Origin: an uncultured bacterium
GTDB taxonomy: Bacteria > Patescibacteriota > Patescibacteriia > SG8-24 > DYFX01
Assembly (NCBI GenBank): GCA_937900255.1
Contig: CALCDZ010000004.1
Location: 100,413 to 164,412 of the forward strand
Reading direction: 5' to 3'
DNA: 64,000 nucleotides
Shown here: positions 35,700 to 43,822 of the stretch, in pieces
How positions within the stretch are numbered: the first letter of the stretch is position 1
Layout of the letters: every line of letters starts with the position of its first letter
Position numbers and translations under genes: made by a program
Notes under the pieces: model-generated
Database searches by the model: none
What the model was told of the DNA's origin: nothing
Seen by the model: the letters and a program-made list of their open reading frames with translations, nothing else

Positions 35700-37427
35700 A
35701 TGGCAGCTGACACGAAAGATGGGAAACTGATCGCGCTGATCTACGCCCGCGTTTCGACCATCCAGCAGGATTCTGAGAGCCAGGAACATCGGTGCAGACA
35801 ACGTGCGGATCAGAGTGGTTACGTTGTCGAGGAGGTATTTCCCGACAAGTTCACAGGCGGCGGCGATTTTTGGAAGCGCCCACAACTGAAAAGGCTTTTG
35901 AATCACATCGACAGGAATCCGCATAAAAAATATGTGGTCATTTTTGACGACCTCAAGAGGTTTGCGAGAGACACCGAGTTTCATATCAGGCTAAGGAACG
36001 AGTTTAAAAGCAGGGGCACGAAAGTTGAGTGTTTAAACTTCAATTTTGAGGATTCTCCTGAAGGTGAGTTTGTCGAGACCATGTTTGCGGCACAGGGCCA
36101 GCTTGAGCGTCAGCAGAACAGGAGACAGGTCATTCAGAAAATGAAAGCGAGGCTAGAACGCGGTTACTGGACTTTCGACGTGCCGCCAGGTTTGAAATAC
36201 ATTAATGATCCCGTGCATGGGAAAATCCTTGTCGCGGACGAACCCAAGGCCAGTATCATCCGTAAAGCTCTGGAGGGCTTTGCAGATAATACCTTTCCTA
36301 ACAGGGTTGATGTTCAAGCCTTTCTGGAGAGCCGGGGTTTTCTCCATCGTGAGAGGCACAAGTACGTGGGTCTTGAGCAGGTGAACCGGATTCTCAAAAG
36401 AGTCCTATACTCTCCATGCATCGAATATCCACACTGGGGTATTTCGAGGCGTAAGGGTCACCACCAAGCATTAATCAGCCTTGAGACCTTCGAGAAGATC
36501 CAGGAGAAGCTCAAGGGTACGGCTAAGGGATTGGCCAGAAAGGATTTGAACCTAGATTTTCCGGCCAGGGGATTCGTGGTTTGTTCGGGTTGCAGCAAGC
36601 CACTTACGTCCAGCTGGACGACCAAGCACAAGGGTCGTGAGGGTTACAGGAAGGCCTACTACCGCTGTCACAGGGCAGGGTGCCCCGAAAGGAACAGGGG
36701 CATCCCCAAAGAGGCGCTGGAGGGCAATCTGGGTGGGATTCTGGGCCAGGTGGGGGCTACGGAGGAAGTCTTGGCTCTGACTAAAGAAGTGGCCCTTGAT
36801 GCCTGGAACGAGCGCCATGCCTACTCCAAGGAGTCGGACGGTCAAAGGCTCATTGAGATCGCAAAGTTGGAATCAGAAATCAACATCTATCTTGAACGGA
36901 TTACCAAGACCAACACCGAGGCCGTCATTGGCGCATACGAAAAGAAGATCACGGAGCTGACGAACAAGAAACTGCTCTTGGAGGAAAAATCTAGCGGCGA
37001 CAATCAAGACACCGGCATTAACTTTGAAACCGCACTTGAGACCGTGTTTGAGTACATCAAAAACCCATACGCGATATGGACGAACGGGATTTTTGAAGAC
37101 AAGCGTTTGGTGCTCAGGATGATCTTCACTGGGCCGCTCACCTATAACAGAAAAACCGGCTTTGAAACTACCGGTTTTTCTCTGCCCACAATGCTTTTTC
37201 GGCATTCTGGGGCTTCGGATTTCGGTTTGGTGGAGATGGCGGGATTCGCACCCGCGTCTGGGGCATGTGGGACGGCGCGCACTACAGGCGTAGGCGACTC
37301 GGGTTTCCTGCGCCCGGAGGCGCGGGACGGAGCGCGGACTCGGAGTCGCCGAGATGCCCGCGTCCGTGACCTCGATCCAACCGTATCGCGCGCCTCGAGA
37401 CAGGACGCGCGGCGGATTTCCTTATGA
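35700..37427 (+). CDS. Large serine recombinase (resolvase catalytic domain, recombinase domain and Zn-ribbon). The last roughly 65 codons run antisense through the tmRNA 3' end and may not be native.
   Basis: N-terminal ALIYARVSTIQQDSESQ (Ser nucleophile). Cys cluster CSGCSKPL...CHRAGC. Starts 1 nt after the tyrosine recombinase stop. Confidence 0.8.
   Translation: MAADTKDGKLIALIYARVSTIQQDSESQEHRCRQRADQSGYVVEEVFPDKFTGGGDFWKRPQLKRLLNHIDRNPHKKYVVIFDDLKRFARDTEFHIRLRNEFKSRGTKVECLNFNFEDSPEGEFVETMFAAQGQLERQQNRRQVIQKMKARLERGYWTFDVPPGLKYINDPVHGKILVADEPKASIIRKALEGFADNTFPNRVDVQAFLESRGFLHRERHKYVGLEQVNRILKRVLYSPCIEYPHWGISRRKGHHQALISLETFEKIQEKLKGTAKGLARKDLNLDFPARGFVVCSGCSKPLTSSWTTKHKGREGYRKAYYRCHRAGCPERNRGIPKEALEGNLGGILGQVGATEEVLALTKEVALDAWNERHAYSKESDGQRLIEIAKLESEINIYLERITKTNTEAVIGAYEKKITELTNKKLLLEEKSSGDNQDTGINFETALETVFEYIKNPYAIWTNGIFEDKRLVLRMIFTGPLTYNRKTGFETTGFSLPTMLFRHSGASDFGLVEMAGFAPASGACGTARTTGVGDSGFLRPEARDGARTRSRRDARVRDLDPTVSRASRQDARRISL
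37228..37238. repeat. Right direct repeat (candidate attR) TGGTGGAGATG, the 3' terminus (CATCTCCACCA) of the tmRNA-like gene
   Basis: Exact match to 26606..26616. The island's low-GC DNA ends here. Confidence 0.5.
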
Positions 37428-37640
37428 CACCGCGATCCGACTAGGAGATATCGTCGGGCGATGGGTCAGTCGCGCTTAGGCGAGGACCGGAGCGAAGGAC
37501 GGAGCGAACGCGTTGGCGAACGCCGTCTTCACTTTTGCGAGAACGTTGGCACGTAGTCGTTTGCCTTTTTATTCATGACGGGAAGGCTCCGTCAACCTGC
37601 GCGAGCCGGTCACGCGCTCCATCGAGTCTATTCATCCCCG
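37228..37640 (-). ncRNA. ssrA: tmRNA (ssrA), one-piece, about 413 nt
   Basis: Minus-strand RNA begins GGGGATG-AATA-GACTCGATGGAG (acceptor and D-like region, cf. E. coli GGGGCUG-AUUCUG-GAUUCGACGGG). Contains UAAAAAGGCAAACGAC (cf. E. coli UAGUCGCAAACGAC at the resume codon). Ends with T-arm GCGGG-TGCGAAT-CCCGC and CATCTCCACCA, giving a G3:U70 Ala-type acceptor. Lies directly downstream of smpB on the same strand. Confidence 0.6.
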
Positions 37641-37681
37641 CCGCCGCCCTCCGAGCAGGGGAGCTGCGGCGGGGATGGAGG

Positions 37682-38131
37682 TCAGCGCCGCAGCTTGAGA
37701 GCGCCGCGGATCTGCCGGTCGATGTCGCGTTTCTTGATCGATTCGCGCTTCTCGTACTGCTTCTTGCCGCGCGCGACGGCGATCTCGATCTTGATGCGGC
37801 CAGACACCATATAAGCACGGAGCGGGATGATCGTCAATCCATCCTCCTCGCGTTTTCCGCGCAGGCGTTCGAGCTGGCGCTTGTGCAGGAGCAGCTTCCG
37901 GGAGCGTTCCGGGTCGTAGTCGGGCAGGGGACCGGCCTTGGGGTAGCGGGCGATGTGCGCTCCGACCAGCATCGCTTCGCCGCGGGTGAAGGCGACGTGG
38001 GCGCCTTTCAGCTTCAGGTGCCCGGTCTTGGCGGACTTCACCTCGTGGCCGTCCAGCACCAAACCCGCCTCGAGTTTCTCGAGAAGCTCATAGTCGTAGC
38101 GGGCGCGGTCGTTTGAGGCGAGGTCGTCCAT
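37682..38131 (-). CDS. smpB: SsrA-binding protein SmpB
   Basis: 149 aa from MDDLASNDRARYDYELLEKLEAGLVLDGHEVKSAK. Conserved SmpB core. Internal ATG of ORF 37682..38248. Confidence 0.85.
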   Translation of the reverse strand: MDDLASNDRARYDYELLEKLEAGLVLDGHEVKSAKTGHLKLKGAHVAFTRGEAMLVGAHIARYPKAGPLPDYDPERSRKLLLHKRQLERLRGKREEDGLTIIPLRAYMVSGRIKIEIAVARGKKQYEKRESIKKRDIDRQIRGALKLRR

Positions 38132-38192
38132 GGCACGCCCAGTGTAGCGATTTGCGGAACAGGCGTCTACGTGGTAGATTTTACGCGAAGAT

Positions 38193-39239
38193 ATGGCGGA
38201 AACAGGCTCGGAACGCCAAGCGCAGGTCATCACCATCTCGACCCTCACGATCGTGAAGGTCGCCGTTTTCGCCTTGGCGCTCGGGTTCCTCTACTTGATC
38301 CGAGACATCATCGCGCTCCTGTTCGTCTCGCTGGTCTTGGCGTCGATCATCAATCCGCTGGCCGCCTGGTTCCAGTCCAGGAAGATGTCGCGCGGAGCGG
38401 CGGTCCTGCTCGTCTATGCGGTCATCCTGGCCGTCATCATCGCCATCGTCACCGTCCTCGTGCCGGCCGTCGTCCTTGAAGCCCGCGACCTGATCAGGAA
38501 CGCCGACGCGATCTGGGCGAATTTCCTGGCGACGCTCGGTCCGCTGCGCGACTTCGTCGCCGCTCATGGCCTGAGCGACGACCTGGAGCAGGCGCTCACC
38601 GGCGCCAATGGGCTGGGTGCCGCCGCCGGAGGATTGGTCGCCACCATCCGCGGCTTGGCGACCGGCATCGTCTCGCTGATCGTCGTCTTGGTCGTCGCCT
38701 TCTACTTGGTGGTGTCGGAAGACGCCTTGAAACGCCTGTTCCGTTCTGTCGCTCCCGAGTCGTATCAGCCGTACCTGGTCGACCTGTTCCTGCGCATCGA
38801 GAAGAGCATCGGCGGCTGGGTGCGCGGACAAATGATCCTGAGCGCGATCATCGCCGTCACCGTCTACGTGGCGCTCAAGATCCTTGGGCTCAAGTATGCG
38901 CTGGTGCTCGCGATGACCGCCGGCGTGGCCGAATCGATCACCTACGTCGGCCCGGTCTTCGCCGCCATCCCGGCCATCCTGATCGGTTTCACGCAGTCGC
39001 CGCTCAAGGGCCTGATCGTCGCCGTCATGTACGTGCTCATCCAGCAGACGGAAAGCCATATCTTGGTGCCGAAGGTCATGCAGAAGGCGACGGGCCTCCA
39101 CCCGATCGTCTGCATCTTCTCGCTGCTCATCGGCGTCAAGGTCGCCGGACTGCTGGGCGCGCTCATGGCCATTCCCGTCGCCATGATGGCCAGCATCGTG
39201 TTCGGTGACGTGTTCCGTTCCGTCAAGCCGGAACGTTGA
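38193..39239 (+). CDS. AI-2E family transporter (PerM/UPF0118)
   Basis: 348 aa, about 8 TM, conserved UPF0118 C-terminal region (QQTESHILVPKVM). Confidence 0.8.
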   Translation: MAETGSERQAQVITISTLTIVKVAVFALALGFLYLIRDIIALLFVSLVLASIINPLAAWFQSRKMSRGAAVLLVYAVILAVIIAIVTVLVPAVVLEARDLIRNADAIWANFLATLGPLRDFVAAHGLSDDLEQALTGANGLGAAAGGLVATIRGLATGIVSLIVVLVVAFYLVVSEDALKRLFRSVAPESYQPYLVDLFLRIEKSIGGWVRGQMILSAIIAVTVYVALKILGLKYALVLAMTAGVAESITYVGPVFAAIPAILIGFTQSPLKGLIVAVMYVLIQQTESHILVPKVMQKATGLHPIVCIFSLLIGVKVAGLLGALMAIPVAMMASIVFGDVFRSVKPER

Positions 39240-39245
39240 AGTCAT

Positions 39246-40013
39246 ATGCGACGCTTTTTTTCCGCCATCCTGCCCATGCTGGGCGCCGCCGGTTTCGTCG
39301 CGTTCAGCGAGCTGTCGCTCGGACGCACGCACGAGTTCTTCTGGTGGAGCTTCGCCAGCATGGGGTGGGCTCTCGCGGCATTCGCGCTCCTCGCGCGCGG
39401 GAAGCTGCGCGGACGCCTGACGCCCGTCGCCGTACCGGCCATGGCCATGATCGCGGTCTCGAGCGTGGCCTCCCTGCTGTTCCTCGACCTGGTCGCCCCC
39501 CGGCACGCCTTCATCGCCGTCCTGGCGGTCGTGCTGTACCTGTTCCTCGAACACGTCCGACGCGAGACGCTCGCGGACGATCCGGAGGAACGCCTGTCGA
39601 TTTCCGAGTTCGCGCGCATGGTCAACATCGGTTCGCTCTTCCTGGTCGCGTCCGCCGGGCTCGGCGTCACGGCCTTCCTCCCGATCCAGCGCTGGTGGAC
39701 CATCCCGTTCATCGCCGCGATTTCCGCCCTGTGGAGCTGGCACCTGTACTTCGCTTGCGCGCATCCGCGCGTCCGGCCCCTGTCGCGGATGGGATTGACC
39801 GTGCTCATCGTCCTTGAGACCTACGTGGTGGCGCTTTCCCTTCCGACGCAGATGTTCGTGGGCGGCGCGGCGGTCGGCATTGTCTATTACCTGGCCGCCA
39901 ACCTCCTGCCGATCGGGGCGGGGGAGAACGTCCCATTGCCCCTGATACGCAAGTATGCCTTGTATGCCGGAGGCCTGCTCATCCTCCTGTTCCTAACGGC
40001 CCGCTGGGTCTGA
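39246..40013 (+). CDS. Hypothetical polytopic membrane protein (255 aa)
   Basis: 6-7 hydrophobic helices. 6 nt after the previous gene. Confidence 0.5.
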   Translation: MRRFFSAILPMLGAAGFVAFSELSLGRTHEFFWWSFASMGWALAAFALLARGKLRGRLTPVAVPAMAMIAVSSVASLLFLDLVAPRHAFIAVLAVVLYLFLEHVRRETLADDPEERLSISEFARMVNIGSLFLVASAGLGVTAFLPIQRWWTIPFIAAISALWSWHLYFACAHPRVRPLSRMGLTVLIVLETYVVALSLPTQMFVGGAAVGIVYYLAANLLPIGAGENVPLPLIRKYALYAGGLLILLFLTARWV

Positions 40014-40017
40014 AACC

Positions 40018-41133
40018 ATGTCTTCAAGAAACGGAACCTCGATCGACGCCCTTTTGCGCATGATCGTCATACCGGTCGTGCTTGGCCTGGCTGCCGGAAT
40101 GGCCGGCGCTTTCGTCGCCGAGTCCTATCTGGCGATCTCTCCCTCGCCTTCCGAGGAGGCCGCCCTGCTGCGGATCGGCCGCCCGACGCCTCCGACGCCC
40201 GCTATCCTGGCGGAAGGTGAAGCGTCCGCTCGGCTGCACCGCCTCGATCTCCCGCTGTATCTCCGAAGGTCGCCTCAGGGGACGGATTCGGCGGATCAGG
40301 CCCGGGTGCCGCAGGAGGCCATCGGTTACGCGACCGTCATCACTTCCGACGGATGGATCGCCACGCATCAGTCCGTCCTCGCCCAAGGTCCGGTGCTCGT
40401 GGCGGTCGACGGCCGGCTGGTCGAACCGAAGACGCGCGTCGCCGATCCGCGCACGGGCATCGTCTTCCTGCGGATCGAGGCGGCCGACCTGCCGGTGCTC
40501 GGTTTCGAGGAGACGGAAACGCTGACGCACGGAACGTCCTTGTACGCCCAGGATCAGGAAGGGCTTTTCGCCGCGGCTCGTTTCGCGGGAAAGGTCCTGC
40601 CGGACCGCAAGATCGCCGGCAGCCTGCATGACAGCGACGCGTTCTCCTTGAACTATCGTCTTGACCGGCGGCTTGACGCCCGCGCCGTCGGAGGCGCCGT
40701 CATGACGTCCGGCGGCACGCTCTCCGGCATCATGGTGCCGGGCGTCTCCGGCGCGGACGCCTTCGTGCCCATGCACCTCATCCAGCCTGTCCTCTCCGAG
40801 ATCTTCCGCGGCGCTCCGCCGTCGCGCGCGCTGCTCGGCGTCCATTACCTGGTTCCCGGCGAGAACGCTTTCCTCGGCACGGGGCCGAGCCCGCTTCCGG
40901 GCGTCCGGCTGAGCGGCTCCCGCGCCGCCGGCCTTCCGGCCGTCAGGAGCGGATCGGCCGCGGACCGCGCGGGGCTCGAGGACGGTGACGTGATCCTGCG
41001 GATCGACGGGGCGGACTTGGGCGCGGGCCCGGACCTGGCCGAGTTGGTCGGGGAGTACGCGCCGGGCGCGAAAGCCCGCTTCGAGATCCTTCGCAAAGGC
41101 GAACGTCGCTCCTTCGATGTGACATTCGACTGA
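40018..41133 (+). CDS. HtrA-like protein: N-terminal TM anchor, trypsin-like domain with a degenerate active site, C-terminal PDZ domain
   Basis: PDZ signature GLEDGDVILRIDGADL. The Ser-box position reads GGAVMTSGG instead of GDSGGP. Confidence 0.55.
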   Translation: MSSRNGTSIDALLRMIVIPVVLGLAAGMAGAFVAESYLAISPSPSEEAALLRIGRPTPPTPAILAEGEASARLHRLDLPLYLRRSPQGTDSADQARVPQEAIGYATVITSDGWIATHQSVLAQGPVLVAVDGRLVEPKTRVADPRTGIVFLRIEAADLPVLGFEETETLTHGTSLYAQDQEGLFAAARFAGKVLPDRKIAGSLHDSDAFSLNYRLDRRLDARAVGGAVMTSGGTLSGIMVPGVSGADAFVPMHLIQPVLSEIFRGAPPSRALLGVHYLVPGENAFLGTGPSPLPGVRLSGSRAAGLPAVRSGSAADRAGLEDGDVILRIDGADLGAGPDLAELVGEYAPGAKARFEILRKGERRSFDVTFD

Positions 41134-41162
41134 GAAACGCGCTACACTAGGGGAGGAGGACT

Positions 41163-41813
41163 ATGACCCTGGACATCACGCAACTGCTCGAACGGCATTG
41201 GAAGACGATCGCCGTTTCCGCCCTCGTCACCATGGTGCTGGCCGCCGGGCTGAGTTTCGTGCGCCCGCTCGAGTATTCCTCGACCATGCGCCTCCTGATC
41301 ATCCAGCAGTCCGGCGTGAACCTCGACCCGTATACCGCCATCCGTTCGGCCGAGACGATCGCCAACAACCTGAGCCAGGTGATCTATACGTCCGTCTTCT
41401 ACGACAAGGTCACTTCGGCCGGATTCAACATCGACAAGAGCTATTTCGAGGCGAGCGAATCGAAGCGCCGCCAGCAGTGGACGCGCATGGTCGCGACCCA
41501 GGTCGCCCATGAGAGCGGTTTCCTCCAGGTGAACGTCTATCACAAGAACAAGGAGCAGGCGTCCGAGATCGCCCGCGCGATCGCTTTCGTGCTCACGACC
41601 GAAGGCAATTCCTTCATCGGCGGCCACGACCTCGAGATCCGGCTGGTGGACGCTCCGCTCCAATCCCGCTTCCCGGTCAGGCCGAATATCCCGCTCAACG
41701 CCTTCCTTGGAGCCGTCATCGGGGTCGTCCTGAGTTCTCTCTACCTGGTGGTCGGGGAGGCGCGTCGGCATCGGAAAGTCCGTTTCGCGGGAGCGCCGCA
41801 TCCTATCGAGTGA
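41163..41813 (+). CDS. Wzz-like polysaccharide chain-length determinant family protein
   Basis: N-terminal and C-terminal TM helices flanking a soluble domain. 216 aa. Wzz-like topology. Confidence 0.5.
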   Translation: MTLDITQLLERHWKTIAVSALVTMVLAAGLSFVRPLEYSSTMRLLIIQQSGVNLDPYTAIRSAETIANNLSQVIYTSVFYDKVTSAGFNIDKSYFEASESKRRQQWTRMVATQVAHESGFLQVNVYHKNKEQASEIARAIAFVLTTEGNSFIGGHDLEIRLVDAPLQSRFPVRPNIPLNAFLGAVIGVVLSSLYLVVGEARRHRKVRFAGAPHPIE

Positions 41814-42098
41814 GCGGAAAGCGTCCAAAAAAGGACGTTTTTTCGTTTCAGGGGCCTCATCGCCTTTGCACATCGGGGACTTGACAAAAAGCCGATTTCG
41901 TGTTTTAATGCCGAGTCCATTGGGTCTTTGCCGCATGGACCAGCAGAAGCCCTGAAATCGCCCGACGCGGACCGGGAGGCACCTCCTCCTTGCCTTCCGG
42001 AAACCGTCGGGCGGTTCCAGCGCTTCTCTCCGCAATGTCGCGGGTTGAAGATAAGCTGGGGTACACTGACAACTGAACGAAGAAAAGAGAGGTGACCG

Positions 42099-42884
42099 AT
42101 GCGTCACGTCATCACGTGCATCATCGCGATCGCGTTGGCGCAGGGGGTTGCCCTGGCCGACGGTTTCGAACCGGTCTGCGTCCCGCAGCCCATCGTGGAG
42201 TGTGCGCCGGCCAAGCCGGTCAAGCCGGTCAAGCCGGTCAAGAAGACCGCGCCGCCGAAAGCGGAGAAAGCTCCGCCGCCGGCCAAGCCGGTCAAGACGA
42301 CCCCGAAGGTCGATCCTCCGGCGCCCGTCGTGAAGGTCGTCCCCGGTCCGCAAGGTCCGAAGGGCGACAAGGGTGACCGGGGACCGCAGGGTCTCCAGGG
42401 CCCGCCGGGCAAGGAGGGGAGTTCCGGCCGACCGGGGAAGGATGGCAACACGCGCATCCAAGTCGGGATCGGCGCGCGAGGCGCTTCCATCTTCACCCCA
42501 GGTCGGCCGATGGGAGCCAGCTTCTCTCCGGAGCTGCAGCTCGACTACTGGCTCTCGCCGACGGTCGAGTTCGACCTCGGCGTGGCCTGGGCCTTCGGCG
42601 GCGACCGTAACATGGTCGTGACCGCCGAGCTCTGCCGTCGCGGACTGAACTCGAAGTTCGGCTTCTGCTTCGGCGGCCAATACCAGGCCTGGAACCTCGA
42701 GGGCAATCTCGCCCGCTGGCAATCCGGCTTGGGCACGCTGGCTATCAAGTTCGTGCCGATCGAGACCGCGCACGTCGACCTCAGCATCGAGCTGGGCGCC
42801 GGTCTCGGGTTCGATGGGTACGACAAGTCGATGCAGTTCGCCGCCGGCGTGACCGGCGGGACGTCGCTGAGCGTCAAGTTCTAG
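42099..42884 (+). CDS. Secreted protein with (KPV)n and collagen-like (G-X-Y)11 repeats fused to a C-terminal beta-barrel-like domain ending in Phe
   Basis: Signal peptide. AKPVKPVKPVKK. GPQGPKGDKGDRGPQGLQGPPGKEGSSGRPGKDG. Alternating-hydrophobic C-terminal 150 aa ending ...LSVKF. Confidence 0.6.
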   Translation: MRHVITCIIAIALAQGVALADGFEPVCVPQPIVECAPAKPVKPVKPVKKTAPPKAEKAPPPAKPVKTTPKVDPPAPVVKVVPGPQGPKGDKGDRGPQGLQGPPGKEGSSGRPGKDGNTRIQVGIGARGASIFTPGRPMGASFSPELQLDYWLSPTVEFDLGVAWAFGGDRNMVVTAELCRRGLNSKFGFCFGGQYQAWNLEGNLARWQSGLGTLAIKFVPIETAHVDLSIELGAGLGFDGYDKSMQFAAGVTGGTSLSVKF

Positions 42885-42957
42885 GGCATGCCGGGAACGC
42901 GTTCAGCGACGCGTTCTCCATCCACATCATCCGTACCACCAAGACAGGAGTCATGTC

Positions 42958-43620
42958 ATGAAGCAGCTCACCGCGTTCGTGTTCTTCGTCCTTTCCATCG
43001 CCGCCTGCGCCCAGCGCAGCGACGGAACTGGCGGTCCCGTGTGCGGGAATGGCACGTGTCAGAACGGCGAAACGGCTCAGAGCTGTCCCGCCGACTGCAC
43101 GACCACCTCGTGCAACAACAACGGTACGTGCGATGCTGGAGAGGATCACGGGTCCTGCCCGAACGACTGCTCGGCCGACGAGCAGCCGCCCACGGGCAGT
43201 GATTCCTGGGTCTGTCGCGGATCGTTCCGCGGCGGGAAAGCGTACTTCTCCTGCAACCCGACCTACATCGCTGGCGCTCCGTCTACCGTCGACTTCGTGG
43301 GGGAGTGTCCCGCGCTCGGCCTCACCGGCTACTACGGCGCCAACGGTCATCATATCTCGGTCTCGCTCAACGACATGAGCGTGTACGAGGTCGAGGTGCC
43401 CGCGAGCGCCACGCCCGGCGTGGCCTGCGAGCTGACCTACGCGTACAAGAACTCGTCGGGTGTGATCGTCTGGGCTCAGTTCGGACCGAACAACGTGAGC
43501 CAGGCCGTCGCCGGGAACTACCGCGAGTGCGGTACCCGCAACAACATCTACGCCTGCGGGATGTTCTTCAAGCCCGTCGCGGGTCATATGCCGGCACCGC
43601 TCGGCTACTACCCCAACTGA
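42958..43620 (+). CDS. Secreted Cys-rich protein (N-terminal CGNGxC/CxxDC-type modules), hypothetical
   Basis: Signal peptide with LSIAAC lipobox-like motif. 16 Cys. Confidence 0.55.
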   Translation: MKQLTAFVFFVLSIAACAQRSDGTGGPVCGNGTCQNGETAQSCPADCTTTSCNNNGTCDAGEDHGSCPNDCSADEQPPTGSDSWVCRGSFRGGKAYFSCNPTYIAGAPSTVDFVGECPALGLTGYYGANGHHISVSLNDMSVYEVEVPASATPGVACELTYAYKNSSGVIVWAQFGPNNVSQAVAGNYRECGTRNNIYACGMFFKPVAGHMPAPLGYYPN

Positions 43621-43822
43621 CAGCCGCAACCCACTCAACTCCGCAACCCGGCCCCGATCATCAGATCGAGGCCGATTCTTTTTGTCATGATATATTGACA
43701 AAATAGCGTTTTCGTGCTATCATCCCTTCATGCTGTTGGGGTATTTTCCCCCGCAGTTGCCTTGAAAACACGGACAAAAACCGTCAGAAACCGGCCATGA
43801 AGGCCGGAAGAAAGGGTTTCAG

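Larger units (their letters stand above)
26606..37238. mobile_element. Approximately 10.6-kb integrated genomic island at the 3' end of the tmRNA-like (ssrA) gene. GC falls from about 60% to 35-50% across it. Carries a tyrosine recombinase, a large serine recombinase, an excisionase-like HTH, a DUF5659/wHTH module, and a three-gene cargo operon.
   Basis: 11-bp direct repeats at both ends, one being the 3' end of the tmRNA-like gene. Recombinase genes abut the tmRNA 3' end. Compositional shift relative to the roughly 65% GC flanks. Confidence 0.6.

Noticed and set aside
37228-37310. A second complete tRNA gene on the minus strand ending in CCA at 37228
   Set aside because: T-arm, acceptor 3' strand and CCA are present, but no matching 5' acceptor strand, D-arm or anticodon arm lies within 90 nt. 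The matching 5' strand GGGGATG lies 400 nt away, so this is the tRNA-like domain of a tmRNA, not a tRNA.
42215-42245. GCCAAGCCGGTCAAGCCGGTCAAGCCGGTCAAG and the GS-linker repeat at 43910..43950 as CRISPR-like or microsatellite arrays
   Set aside because: Short in-frame coding repeats, (KPV)n and (GS)n, inside secreted-protein genes. No spacer-repeat structure and no cas genes anywhere in the window.
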